DNA of 64,000 nucleotides. Source: Myxococcales bacterium (GTDB lineage: Bacteria > Myxococcota > Kuafuiibacteriia > Kuafuiibacteriales > Kuafuiibacteriaceae). The notes beneath the pieces are model-generated. The model was not told where the DNA came from and ran no database searches. It saw only the letters and a program-made list of their open reading frames with translations. Made by a program: the position numbers and the translations under genes. The stretch spans positions 1,142 to 65,141 of the forward strand of contig JAHQVK010000123.1 in NCBI GenBank assembly GCA_019634385.1, written 5' to 3'. This document shows, piece by piece, positions 9,105-18,491 of this stretch. Position 1 is the first letter of the stretch. The number at the start of each line of letters is the position of its first letter.

Positions 9105-10389
9105 CTAGTGCACGAAATGACGCTCTTGCTGTATCTATAGTGCGTTCTATATCTTCGGGGGTATGGGTAAAGGATACAAACCACGCCTCGTAACCCGAAG
9201 GAGGTAGATAGATACCCCGTTCTAGCATCGCATGGAACCATTGACCGAAGCGATTGTGGTCGCAGGCGGCAACGTCCTGGAAGTTGTGTACCGGACTGCC
9301 ATCGTTAAAGAACAGGGTGAGCATGGAACCGACCCGCTGAATACATGCGGTAATGCCGGCATCTTTGAGGGCTTCTTGCAGGCCATCTTCAAGGCTTTGG
9401 CAGGTCTTTTCGAGCTGATCGTACAGGTTTTGGTTTTCGAGACTCTTGAGGGTGGCTGTCCCTGCGGCTACGGCACATGGGTTCCCGCTTAGGGTTCCTG
9501 CCTGGTAAACGGGGCCAACGGGAGCTACCATGTCCATGATCTCGGCTCGTCCACCATACCCCCCCATGGGTAGGCCACCTCCAATAATTTTTCCGAAGCA
9601 AGTGAGGTCTGGGGTGATGCCTAAGAGCCCCTGAGCGCATTGGGGATGAACTCGGAAACCGGTCATGACTTCGTCGAAAATGAGAACAACCCCATGTTGG
9701 GTGCAGAGTTCCCTGAGGCGAGCATGGTAATTGGGTGATGGTTTAATGACCCCCATATTCCCGGATATGGGTTCGATGATTGCGCAGGCGAGCTCCGAAC
9801 CGCGCTCAGCGAAGAGCTCTTCGAGCTTGTCTATGTTGTTGTATGGCAGTGTGAGGGTTTGTTGAGCGAAGCTAGCGGGAACACCGGGGGAGTCTGGCAA
9901 GCCAAAGGTAGCTACGCCAGAGCCTGCTTTGACGAGCAGATAATCGGCGTGGCCGTGGTAGCAGCCTTCAAACTTTAGGATTGTTTCTCGTTGTGTATAT
10001 CCGCGTGCTACGCGGATCGCACTCATGCAGGCTTCGGTTCCGCTAGAAGTTAGGCGTAAGCGATCGACCGATGGCATTCGCTCCACTACCAGCTCCGCCA
10101 GTTTCACTTCGCCTTCTGTCGGGGCTCCGAAGCTTGAGCTACGTTTGATGGCATTGGTGGCTGCCTCTACGACATCCGGCGCAGCATGCCCAAGGATCAT
10201 TGGACCCCAGGATCCGACGTAGTCGATGAAACGATTGCCATCAACGTCCCATATATAGGCGCCTTCAGCTCGACTGATAAATGGGGGGGTTCCGCCAACA
10301 GCTCGGAACGCGCGAACTGGACTGTTGACGCCTCCGGGGATCACAGTTTGAGCGCGACGCATCAATTCAGCGGACCGTTCGGTTTTCAT
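9100..10389 (-). CDS. hemL: Glutamate-1-semialdehyde 2,1-aminomutase
   Basis: It carries ..VIPGGVNSPVRAFRAVGG.PPFI..G.YIWDVDGN.FIDYVGSWGP.ILGHA.., a class III aminotransferase and a HemL signature. The start is placed at MKTERS (10389). The stop codon lies inside the A1 terminus. Confidence 0.9.
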   Translation of the reverse strand: MKTERSAELMRRAQTVIPGGVNSPVRAFRAVGGTPPFISRAEGAYIWDVDGNRFIDYVGSWGPMILGHAAPDVVEAATNAIKRSSSFGAPTEGEVKLAELVVERMPSVDRLRLTSSGTEACMSAIRVARGYTQRETILKFEGCYHGHADYLLVKAGSGVATFGLPDSPGVPASFAQQTLTLPYNNIDKLEELFAERGSELACAIIEPISGNMGVIKPSPNYHARLRELCTQHGVVLIFDEVMTGFRVHPQCAQGLLGITPDLTCFGKIIGGGLPMGGYGGRAEIMDMVAPVGPVYQAGTLSGNPCAVAAGTATLKSLENQNLYDQLEKTCQSLEDGLQEALKDAGITACIQRVGSMLTLFFNDGSPVHNFQDVAACDHNRFGQWFHAMLERGIYLPPSGYEAWFVSFTHTPEDIERTIDTARASFRALV

Positions 10390-10514
10390 GGAGCACCAGC
10401 CTACTGCGTATTGGGGCCAGCGCGAAAGGAACAAGCGTTCGGAAGCGGCTTGGCGACGCATTCTTAGAGAAGGTAACGGACTCCTAAACGAAAATCTGGC
10501 AACTTAGATGAAAC

Positions 10515-11150
10515 ATGGCTGTTAGTACTGACCATGAACCGCAATCGGTCCAGGCCCTGGTGAACGCGGTTCGGTCTTTCCATAGCCGGGGGTGGACCCC
10601 GGCCACGAGCTCCAATTTTTCTTATCGTCCGGAGACCTCCACGCAATTTTGGGTTTCCCAATCTGGGGTGGACAAAGCGTACTTTGGGCCTGAACACCTG
10701 ATGTTGGTGGATTCACAAGGTGTGGCTGTGCCGCCGGAGAGCCGTCGTCCGTCAGCGGAAACAGGCCTTCATGCAATGATCTACGCGATGCGCCCACAGG
10801 CCCGCGCGGTCATCCATGTACATGCACCCCATTCGGTAGCTTATGCTCGTCTCTACCTGGTTGATGGAGCCGTTTGTATACAGGGTTGGGAACTGCAGAA
10901 AGGGTTACAAGGCGTGCATAGCCACACCGACGAAATATCGATCCCGGTGTATGAAAATTCCCAGGACATAGCGGCGCTCTCCTCGTATATCGGACCGCGG
11001 TTAGCAGCGGATCAAAGCAGTCATGCCTTTTTGTTAGCAGGGCATGGACTCTATGCATTTGGTTCCTCGGTTGCGGAAGCAAAACGACATGTGGAAGTGG
11101 TAGAGGGACTTTTAGAACAAGATTATCTTTGGAGGACACTCACCAAATGA
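10515..11150 (+). CDS. mtnB: Methylthioribulose-1-phosphate dehydratase (class II aldolase/adducin fold)
   Basis: It carries ..GWTPATSSNFSYR.. and HVHAPH metal-binding motifs. It lies upstream of mtnD and mtnC. Confidence 0.75.
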   Translation: MAVSTDHEPQSVQALVNAVRSFHSRGWTPATSSNFSYRPETSTQFWVSQSGVDKAYFGPEHLMLVDSQGVAVPPESRRPSAETGLHAMIYAMRPQARAVIHVHAPHSVAYARLYLVDGAVCIQGWELQKGLQGVHSHTDEISIPVYENSQDIAALSSYIGPRLAADQSSHAFLLAGHGLYAFGSSVAEAKRHVEVVEGLLEQDYLWRTLTK

Positions 11151-11695
11151 CGGTGCTAGAAATTCCCGGTAAAGACCGTTCGACAACTGATGAAGGCGAG
11201 ATTCGCCAATTTCTCAACGAGCGAGGCATTCTATTTGAGCGATGGGCCGCCAGTGTGCAACTAAGCTCGGATGCTTCACCCGCAGATGTTTTGGATGCCT
11301 ACGCGCACGAGCTTAAGCCTTACATGGAGGCTCATGGCTATCTGACCGCTGACGTTATTCGGATCCTCCCGACTATGGATGGACTCGATGCTGTTCGGGC
11401 GAAGTTCTTGGACGAGCATACTCACAGTGAGGATGAGATCCGATTCTTCGTTGAGGGGAAGGGTGCGTTTTGGTTTAACCTAGCCCGTACGCCCGCTGAT
11501 GAGGTCTTTTGTCTGATATGTGAGGCCGGCGATTTTATTAGCGTCCCTGCTGGGTTTAGGCACTGGTTTGATATGGGTGCGAGTCCGAAAGTAACCGCGA
11601 TACGCGTCTTCTCGAATAAAGAGGGATGGGTACCCCAGTACACTGACTCTGGTATCAGTCATCAATATAACAAACCTTATGAGGTCTCCCTTTGA
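11129..11695 (+). CDS. mtnD: Acireductone dioxygenase (ARD, cupin)
   Basis: It carries ..HTHSEDEIRFFVEGKGAFWF.., an ARD cupin motif. It overlaps mtnB by 22 nt. Confidence 0.75.
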   Translation: MEDTHQMTVLEIPGKDRSTTDEGEIRQFLNERGILFERWAASVQLSSDASPADVLDAYAHELKPYMEAHGYLTADVIRILPTMDGLDAVRAKFLDEHTHSEDEIRFFVEGKGAFWFNLARTPADEVFCLICEAGDFISVPAGFRHWFDMGASPKVTAIRVFSNKEGWVPQYTDSGISHQYNKPYEVSL

Positions 11696-12432
11696 TACCT
11701 ATTCCTGTCCGTGATGTATTGCTTGATATCGAGGGTACTACCTCCTCGATAAGCTTTGTTCACCGGGTGTTATTTCCTTATGCTCGGACCCATCTGCCAG
11801 CATTCATTCAAGAACACCACGGTGATCCCGCAGTGCAACGGGCGCTAGCTGCTGCTCAGGCGTCCCTTCGAGTTGACGGATGGCCATGTGATAGCCTTTC
11901 GGACCAGATAGGAGGCTTACTAAGATATATTGATGAGGATCGAAAAGACACTGGACTGAAAACGTTGCAAGGTATGTTGTGGCGCGTCGGCTACGAGCGG
12001 CAAGACTACCAGGGGCATATGTATTCCGATGTTTTACCAACCCTAAAACGGTGGCGTTCATATGGCTTGCGAGTATCCATCTATAGCTCTGGTTCTGTAG
12101 AGGCTCAAAAACTTATCTTTGGGTACTCCGAGTCAGGAGACCTGACCTCTTATATTCACAGTTATTTTGATACCCGAGTGGGACACAAACGGGAAGTTGG
12201 TTCATATCGAGCGATTGCCTTCGCCTTAGCTCGAGAGTCCTCGGAAATACTATTCCTGTCGGATACTCAAGAAGAGTTGTCCGCAGCGGCTGAGGCTGGA
12301 TTTTATACACTTCAGGTGGTCCGGGATGCCTCAACGGATGAGCTTGGTCCGCCAATGTTGGGAGCACCAGGGGCTTCACCCGCACCGATGGTGACTTCGA
12401 TCGCTCAGGCGGCAGAACTTTTGCGGGTCTGA
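11692..12432 (+). CDS. mtnC: Enolase-phosphatase E1 (HAD family)
   Basis: The N-terminus ..LLDIEGTTSSISFV.. is the HAD motif I DxxGT arrangement typical of MtnC. It overlaps mtnD by 4 nt. Confidence 0.75.
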   Translation: MIPIPVRDVLLDIEGTTSSISFVHRVLFPYARTHLPAFIQEHHGDPAVQRALAAAQASLRVDGWPCDSLSDQIGGLLRYIDEDRKDTGLKTLQGMLWRVGYERQDYQGHMYSDVLPTLKRWRSYGLRVSIYSSGSVEAQKLIFGYSESGDLTSYIHSYFDTRVGHKREVGSYRAIAFALARESSEILFLSDTQEELSAAAEAGFYTLQVVRDASTDELGPPMLGAPGASPAPMVTSIAQAAELLRV

Positions 12433-12634
12433 GCGAAACCGCGTATGTCCTTGAGGATACAGCAGAGATCACTTGGGTTAAGCCCCAGTGCCTGCTTCTT
12501 CGTGGGGCTATACCTCGCTGCGTGACCCCTTGTTGATTCTTACAGAATCAATGCAAGCGGTCTGTGCTGTAAGCTTCCGACTCCGGGTACTTCCAGATAC
12601 AGAAGATGTGTCGTTGCTGAGTTCTTATTTTCTC

Positions 12635-12821
12635 CTAGGCGTTTCTTCACCTTCCGGCGGCGGAGATGACGCGGTATCCCGCGTGTGTGAAGGTTTGTCC
12701 CCGGAGGAAGGGGGCTGGACGTACCGGACCGCGGGGCCCAAGAGGGTGGCGAAGCTACCGAGCCCGCACACATGTGGGAAACAAGTCAGAACGCGGTTCG
12801 GAGTCTGAAGACACGCCCTAA
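12635..12821. mobile_element. Family-A palindromic repeat element, copy A2
   Basis: ctaggcgtttcttcaccttccggcgg ... acaagtcagaacgcggttcggagtctgaagacacgccctaa. It has the same orientation as A1 and sits between convergent genes. Confidence 0.85.
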
Positions 12822-12866
12822 AGACGACAGTTTGGTGGATTGTTCTCTTACAACCTGCCACCAGGT

Positions 12867-14774
12867 TCAGCGACCAACGGAGTACTGTACAACCGGTTTG
12901 TCCTCGGCAAGTTCAACGGTACCTTTGTAGCGTACGTTACCATCTTCAAGCAGTTCGATCGGCAAGGATCCGCTGCCTCGACGTCGCTCGACCGCAACTG
13001 GAGTTGGATGAAGTAGGCGAACACCGTCCAGGCGAACCTCCATACCAGAAGGTACTGACCTAATCAGGACCAGACCTAGTCCTGGTACGGCTTCTCTGCG
13101 GTTGCTAAGCTCCATCTGGCGGAAGATTTTTTCTTGAGATGCTGCTCGAGCTCGTAGGCGGCCGACAACGGCACCAAATATGATGAAGCCAATCAAAATA
13201 CTAGCAACTCGCAAGGCGGCCTGTCGTCGCTGACGGTTTACACCGGACGGTTTTGTGTGACCGGGACGTAGGTGTCTCCGCCCAATGGGCGCCTTGTTGG
13301 TGAGCTGTTTCTTTTTTGGGGGTGCTGGCATGGCCGCAACCTTTGGTGTTGGTTTCTTTTTATCTGCATTTTCTGCTTTTTTGGCTACGGGAACGGGTAC
13401 CTTTTTCTCTTCCGGGGCTTTGGGTGATGCCTTGGCGGGGGGGGGCGGGCTCTTTACTTTGGGCGCGGGTGGCGTTGTGGGTTTCTCAGCCTTGGGGGAT
13501 TTCTCTTCCTTGGCGGGTTTTCCTGGTGTGGGAGCTGGATCTTTCGGTTTTGCCGGTTTAGGTGGGTTTGAGGGGGCGTTGTTGACCGGTTGATCAGCTA
13601 GAGATGGTGCTCGTTTGGTGCTACCGCGCGGTGGCTTTTTTGAGGGTGAACCCTTTGGTGTGAGTGAGGGTTTTTCAGACTCGCCCACACTCTGCATTTC
13701 CAGAACACCTGTACCACCACTTGCCTTAGCTGGAGTTTCGTTAGGCTTGAACAGACCACAAATGAACTCAGTGAGATCTGCACGGGTAACGAGGGCATTT
13801 TCAGCGCGGACCCAGTCCCCTAATATTTTGTCGAGCTCAAGAGCGGTCTGCGGCCGGGTTTTCTTCTCCTTGGAGAGTATCTTGAGGACGATTTTTTCCA
13901 GTGACTTTGGTACATTAGCGTTGACACTTGTCGGGGGGCTAACCTCCGCATTGCGCATAAGATTCAGGGTCGAGAAATCACTTGAGCCGGCAAAACAGCG
14001 CTCACCGACCAACATTTCATAAAGGACAATACCCGTATTGAAGATATCGGAACGTGCATCAACGGGCTGACCGCGTGCTTGTTCTGGGGACATGTACCCA
14101 TATTTGCCCTTGAGAATTCCGACTGCGGTTTGACTAACGATCGACGAGGCCTTCGCGATACCGAAGTCTACAATTTTTACTTCACCAACGTAACTAACCA
14201 GCACATTGTGCGGGCTCATGTCTCGATGCGTGATGTTTAAAGGCGCACCATCTCGGTCTGTTCGGGTGTGTGCGTAGGCTAAACCTTGGCAAACCTCTCT
14301 TGTGATGTGTACTGCGATCTCTGGTGGAATTTCCCTGCCGGCTAGTTGGGTCGCACGAATGACGTCAGACAGGTCTTTGCCTTCCACAAACTCCATGACG
14401 ATGAAGTATTCACCAACATCTGAAACACAAAGATCGTGTACTTGCACGATATTGGCACAATTCAGCGATGCGGCTAACTTCGCCTCATTGATGAACATCG
14501 TGATGAACGACTCGTCTTCGGTGAGGTGCGGCAAAATCTTTTTGACGCACACTTCCTTTTCGAAGCCCTGGAGGCCAGTGGTCCTCGCTCGATACACTTC
14601 GGCCATTCCACCCTTGGCGATCATTTCGAGAATTTCGAACTTCTTGACACTCAACTTCCTAAGTATCGGTAGAGATGCGTTTCGGGACAAGCATTCTGAA
14701 CCCTCTTCCCCAATCAGATGTTGCCGTCTAGCATACGCGTGTCGGCCATGACGGAATCTACGCCGAGCGAGCAA
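12867..14774 (-). CDS. Membrane-anchored Ser/Thr protein kinase (kinase domain, Pro/Lys-rich linker, TM helix, C-terminal PEGA-like domain)
   Basis: It has a Gly loop IAKGGMAEVY, VCVKK and DFGIA. The catalytic loop is HRDMSPHN. The low-complexity linker reads PKPAKPKDPAPTPGKPAKEEKSPKAEK... and the TM helix reads ALRVASILIGFIIFGAVVG. Start codon uncertain. Confidence 0.85.
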   Translation of the reverse strand: MLARRRFRHGRHAYARRQHLIGEEGSECLSRNASLPILRKLSVKKFEILEMIAKGGMAEVYRARTTGLQGFEKEVCVKKILPHLTEDESFITMFINEAKLAASLNCANIVQVHDLCVSDVGEYFIVMEFVEGKDLSDVIRATQLAGREIPPEIAVHITREVCQGLAYAHTRTDRDGAPLNITHRDMSPHNVLVSYVGEVKIVDFGIAKASSIVSQTAVGILKGKYGYMSPEQARGQPVDARSDIFNTGIVLYEMLVGERCFAGSSDFSTLNLMRNAEVSPPTSVNANVPKSLEKIVLKILSKEKKTRPQTALELDKILGDWVRAENALVTRADLTEFICGLFKPNETPAKASGGTGVLEMQSVGESEKPSLTPKGSPSKKPPRGSTKRAPSLADQPVNNAPSNPPKPAKPKDPAPTPGKPAKEEKSPKAEKPTTPPAPKVKSPPPPAKASPKAPEEKKVPVPVAKKAENADKKKPTPKVAAMPAPPKKKQLTNKAPIGRRHLRPGHTKPSGVNRQRRQAALRVASILIGFIIFGAVVGRLRARAASQEKIFRQMELSNRREAVPGLGLVLIRSVPSGMEVRLDGVRLLHPTPVAVERRRGSGSLPIELLEDGNVRYKGTVELAEDKPVVQYSVGR

Positions 14775-17700
14775 GAGATCGCTGCCTTACGAGCACAAGT
14801 GAACGCCGATACGAGATCGGAGGCGTTTGTTGATTTGGCTAAAGCGTTAAACGCGCAGGGCAAACACGAGGAAGCGGCCCAGATCGCTAACCAGGGTCTT
14901 TTGTCTCATCCTGACTTGGTTGAGGGAAGGATAGTCCTGGCGATTGCCGAATCCCGGCGAGGTCGAGTCAAAGAGGCGTTAGAGCAGATTCAGCGCGCGC
15001 TTCTTATCGATCAGAATAATGCGGTCGCGCTGGGGCTCATGGGAGAAATACTGCTCGATAGGGGCCTCGCTAAACGAGCAGCACAGTTCCTAGCGCACGC
15101 GGTGAAACTTGAGTCTGGCAACGAAGGGTTTAGAGAGCTTCTGGCCCGCGCCCGCCAAGCTATGGCGGATGTCAGTAAAGATGAAACTGGTGGTCCTCGG
15201 GTAGTAGCTAACAAGGTCAACCCACTGGGTTTGAGCTCCATCCCTAGTGAGGATAGCCCTTGGCCCTTGGAGGAAGCACAAACGGTGTTCGCCGCCAAAG
15301 CTGCGGATTCGGCATCGAATGGTCCTGCCGATGTGCCAGTTGCGCACCTTGCTGCCATACCAGAGGTTAGCAAGCAAGTGGTCGGTGGCGCCCAACAGGG
15401 GCTAGCCTCGCTGGTGTCAGGGGATGAAATTGCTGTTGATCACGCTGATGACGAACCGACGAAGTTTACGTCGGCGGTTCCAAAAAGGCGAGGGAAACTG
15501 GGAGGGAGCGCAGCTGAACTCTCGTTGATGATCAGCACGGGCAATGATCGAAGTAAGTCTAGCGTGCCCCCCCCGCAGGCTCCAAGTAAGCTGGCCGCGG
15601 AAGGATCAGGGCCAGCGAAGCCCAAAGCAAAGCCCAATGGGGTATCGGCTGGGCCTAAAACCCCTTCAGGTGAAGCGGGTGTCGGAAAGCCTCCTTCCCC
15701 AGCGAAGGGTCGGCCAGCGGTTGCAAAGGCGCCTGCAGTCCCGAGCAAGTCAAAGGCCGCAAAGGTCCCGCCACCCCCTCCGAAGCCAGAAGTTTCAGAT
15801 ACTTCTGCGTCTCCAAGCAAAGCAGGAGAGGCAAAGACGTCTGCAGGCAAAGCAGGCGCGGCAAAGACGTCTGCAGGCAAAGCAGGCGCGGCAAAAACGC
15901 CTGCAGGCAAAGCAGGCGCGGCAAAAACGCCTGCAGGCAAAGCAGGCGCGGCAAAGACGCCTGCAGGCAAAGCAGGCGCGGCAAAAACGCCTCTTGATCC
16001 TAGTAAATCGGGAGGGGCAAAAGAGCTCCCCAGTCCCGGCAAGGCGGCGGCTGCGAAACCGCCAGCAGCTTCTGCCAAGCCTGGGATTGCGGAGGTGCCA
16101 CCGGTCTCGAAAGCCCCCCCGCCGACACCGAGTAAACCTCCGGCTCCGACAGGAGATGAGGCTAAATCAACCCCAAAAAATAGTAGCGCTAAACCTAGTG
16201 CGGCTCCTGGACCCAAAATGAATGCTGTTGCTCAAGAAAATAAGCGCTCTCAAGACGAACCAGCCTCCGTAAATGGATTTGGACCAGTTGCTACGCGAAT
16301 GATCGATGACGCGCTCTTCGCGATCTTAGGTACCCCGCGGGAGGAGCTGGATAAACAACCGGCTCCAGCGGCTCCCGCAGAGGCGGCGCCGCTCGCTGGA
16401 GGGGCGCATATACTCAAGCCTCGAGTAGTGAGAACCAGCGCTAAACTGGGGTTTTGGGCACGGGTTGCGGGGGGGGTAGTCTTGTGTTCAAGCGCATTCG
16501 GTTTGGGGTATGCGGTTGCATTAGCTCCGGGTGCAGCCTCACCGGAGGTTGTCCGGGAAGAGATTAAAGGGGTTGCTGCAGAACTTGAAAGAGGCGGCTT
16601 GGCAGCCCTCCGAACCGCTGAGGAGCGAGTTCAGGTGCTGATTGAGTCGAATCCCAGCATTTCTCCCCTAATGAATGGCGTTCTAGCTGAGACCTTAGCG
16701 CGACGCTATGCGCGCTTCGGGCGCTCTGAGGAGTTGAGAACGAAGGCTATCGATGCACTTGAAGCCACAGGAGACGGGTACGTTAGTTTGGAGAAGACTG
16801 TGGCCCAAGTCCTGCTCTCTACGAGTACACAAGACCTTGCGCAGCTGGACAAGCAACTAGAGCTGTCGCTGAAAAGCTATGCCGACTCGCCCAAGGCGTG
16901 GGTGGCTCGGGCGGAGATCGCCCACCGTTCTGGAGACGCGGATGCAGCTATTTCTCATCTAACACAAGCTCGATCCATTCATCCCCAGCATCGGCAGACG
17001 CTCCTTGAAACCGCTCGATGGTTAGCGAGAGAGGGCGCGTTCGCATCCAGCTTAGAAACTTATGCCTTGCTGCAAAGTAACTCCGACCTCGATGTGGAGG
17101 TGGCGATCGAGCGATATCTGTTGGGATGGTCTACCGACGCTGACTCGGCCCATTCTGAGGCGGTTACTTTGCTAGCTGGGTTGGTACGGGAGACGATACC
17201 AGAAGTAGCACCAGACGAAGTCGGCCGAGCTGCGTTTGCTTTTGCTCTTGGGCACTTGTGGGAAGGTCGGATTGAAGAGGCGAATGCAAGCTTGCGCCAA
17301 GCCTCTCGGGCTTATCAACAAAGTGCAGCCTATCAGCAGATGATTGGACGCGTGTTTCTCGCGCTGGGGGAAGTTAAAGGGGCGGAGGCGTGCTTTACAA
17401 GAGCGACTGATGTGGAGCCGGATAGTGCCGAGTTGTGGATGGATAAAGCCCGTGCTCGATTTGCTCGGGCGCTCAAACTCCGACCGAGCCCAACAGCACT
17501 CGAGCGTCAGCTAGCGCGTGTTAGGGCCAACAAGTCCAAGGAGCGGTTGATGCTTCCCCTTGGGGAGGTGAGGGTACGCCCAACAGAGTTTGAGCTCGTG
17601 GAGGTTACGCTCGATCCGGCAGTCTTTAGGGAAGAAGACTATCTGCCGCTAAAAGAAGCCACTGCCCAAGAGGTATCGTTTGAGCAGGCTATGAAATCGC

Positions 17701-18491
17701 TGGTTGCATCAGCGGTGGCGCAGAAGGCCGTTGATTCGGGTGATCTCTCTAAGGCGAGACGTGTTGTAAAGCGGATGGCTGACAGAGATAATCAGATGTC
17801 ATCGATCGCGATAGCTAAGGGGCAATTGCTGCTGGCTGAGGGCAATTCGGATCAGGCGGTTCAACTCTTGGAATCGGCGGTAGATGGTGAGTCGTCGAGT
17901 ATATCTACCCTGGTGGCTTTGGCGCGAGCCCAAGTGGCGGCGGGCAATCTTAGGGGGGCCTTTGATGCCTACGAGCGGTTTTTTGATGCGGGCGGAAAGT
18001 CGACGGTTGCTCGCTTAGAATATGCTCGGCTGCAGAATGATAAAGGTGATCTTGAAGATGCGTTGGAGACCCTGGACCTTCTAGATACGGAGCAGCCAGA
18101 TAATGTTGCTAGCATGGTGCTACGTGCGGAATTGCATCTCGAACAAGATAAATATATTAAAGCACAAGCAACCATTCAGAAGGCGATAGAAGTGGATGCT
18201 AGGCTAGTAACTGGCCGTGCCCCTGAAGGGATTGATGAGCTGTCCCCCGAGTTTATTATGCAGATGGGTCGCATTGTCTTAAAAGATGATCGAAAGAAGG
18301 GCATGCGTTTGCTGAGGAACGCTGTTGAGCGCCCCGGGGCTCCGCCTAGTGTGCACTTCTTCTTAGGCAAGGCGTTGATGGCAAAGCGCAAAACTCGGCG
18401 AGCTGGGCGGCGATCGCTTCAGAAATATTTGGCTCTTGAACCAAGAGGATCTCATGCCGTTGAGGCTAAAAGACTAAGGCGACGAAGATGA
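14718..18491 (+). CDS. Large TPR-repeat protein (1257 aa) with a Pro/Ala/Lys-rich low-complexity region and a 10-aa tandem repeat
   Basis: There are many TPR units at both ends (..LGLMGEILLDRGLAKRAAQFLAHAVKLE.., ..AQATIQKAIEVDARL..). The central region is (AGKAGAAKTP)n. The true start may be MTEST at 14748. Confidence 0.65.
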   Translation: MLPSSIRVSAMTESTPSEQEIAALRAQVNADTRSEAFVDLAKALNAQGKHEEAAQIANQGLLSHPDLVEGRIVLAIAESRRGRVKEALEQIQRALLIDQNNAVALGLMGEILLDRGLAKRAAQFLAHAVKLESGNEGFRELLARARQAMADVSKDETGGPRVVANKVNPLGLSSIPSEDSPWPLEEAQTVFAAKAADSASNGPADVPVAHLAAIPEVSKQVVGGAQQGLASLVSGDEIAVDHADDEPTKFTSAVPKRRGKLGGSAAELSLMISTGNDRSKSSVPPPQAPSKLAAEGSGPAKPKAKPNGVSAGPKTPSGEAGVGKPPSPAKGRPAVAKAPAVPSKSKAAKVPPPPPKPEVSDTSASPSKAGEAKTSAGKAGAAKTSAGKAGAAKTPAGKAGAAKTPAGKAGAAKTPAGKAGAAKTPLDPSKSGGAKELPSPGKAAAAKPPAASAKPGIAEVPPVSKAPPPTPSKPPAPTGDEAKSTPKNSSAKPSAAPGPKMNAVAQENKRSQDEPASVNGFGPVATRMIDDALFAILGTPREELDKQPAPAAPAEAAPLAGGAHILKPRVVRTSAKLGFWARVAGGVVLCSSAFGLGYAVALAPGAASPEVVREEIKGVAAELERGGLAALRTAEERVQVLIESNPSISPLMNGVLAETLARRYARFGRSEELRTKAIDALEATGDGYVSLEKTVAQVLLSTSTQDLAQLDKQLELSLKSYADSPKAWVARAEIAHRSGDADAAISHLTQARSIHPQHRQTLLETARWLAREGAFASSLETYALLQSNSDLDVEVAIERYLLGWSTDADSAHSEAVTLLAGLVRETIPEVAPDEVGRAAFAFALGHLWEGRIEEANASLRQASRAYQQSAAYQQMIGRVFLALGEVKGAEACFTRATDVEPDSAELWMDKARARFARALKLRPSPTALERQLARVRANKSKERLMLPLGEVRVRPTEFELVEVTLDPAVFREEDYLPLKEATAQEVSFEQAMKSLVASAVAQKAVDSGDLSKARRVVKRMADRDNQMSSIAIAKGQLLLAEGNSDQAVQLLESAVDGESSSISTLVALARAQVAAGNLRGAFDAYERFFDAGGKSTVARLEYARLQNDKGDLEDALETLDLLDTEQPDNVASMVLRAELHLEQDKYIKAQATIQKAIEVDARLVTGRAPEGIDELSPEFIMQMGRIVLKDDRKKGMRLLRNAVERPGAPPSVHFFLGKALMAKRKTRRAGRRSLQKYLALEPRGSHAVEAKRLRRRR
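15811..15990. repeat. 30-bp tandem repeat, 5 perfect/near-perfect units plus one degenerate unit (ctgcaggcaaagcaggcgcggcaaaRacgY)
   Basis: Units at 15841, 15871, 15901, 15931 and 15961 with a degenerate copy at 15811. They encode (S/P)AGKAGAAKT and differ only at wobble positions. Confidence 0.9.

Noticed and set aside
8948-9193. Conserved about 50-codon ORF inside family-A elements (MTPYPAFVKGRP...GWRSHRPLTYVGNKS.RGPE.K.TP), which recurs in A1, A2, A5, A6, A7 and A8.
   Set aside because: The peptide conservation is fully explained by nucleotide conservation of the hairpin arms. The ATG directly abuts GGGGAG with no spacer, so the RBS is unusable. Several copies carry stops or frameshifts. 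The opposite strand gives equally long ORFs. It is most likely non-coding.
15440-16221. Long ORFs 15440..16216(-), 15544..16221(+) and 15655..15984(-), which overlap the TPR gene.
   Set aside because: They are artefacts of the 30-bp tandem repeat and GC-rich low-complexity region. Their products are repetitive (QAKQARQRRLQAKQ...; PRLLCLQ...).
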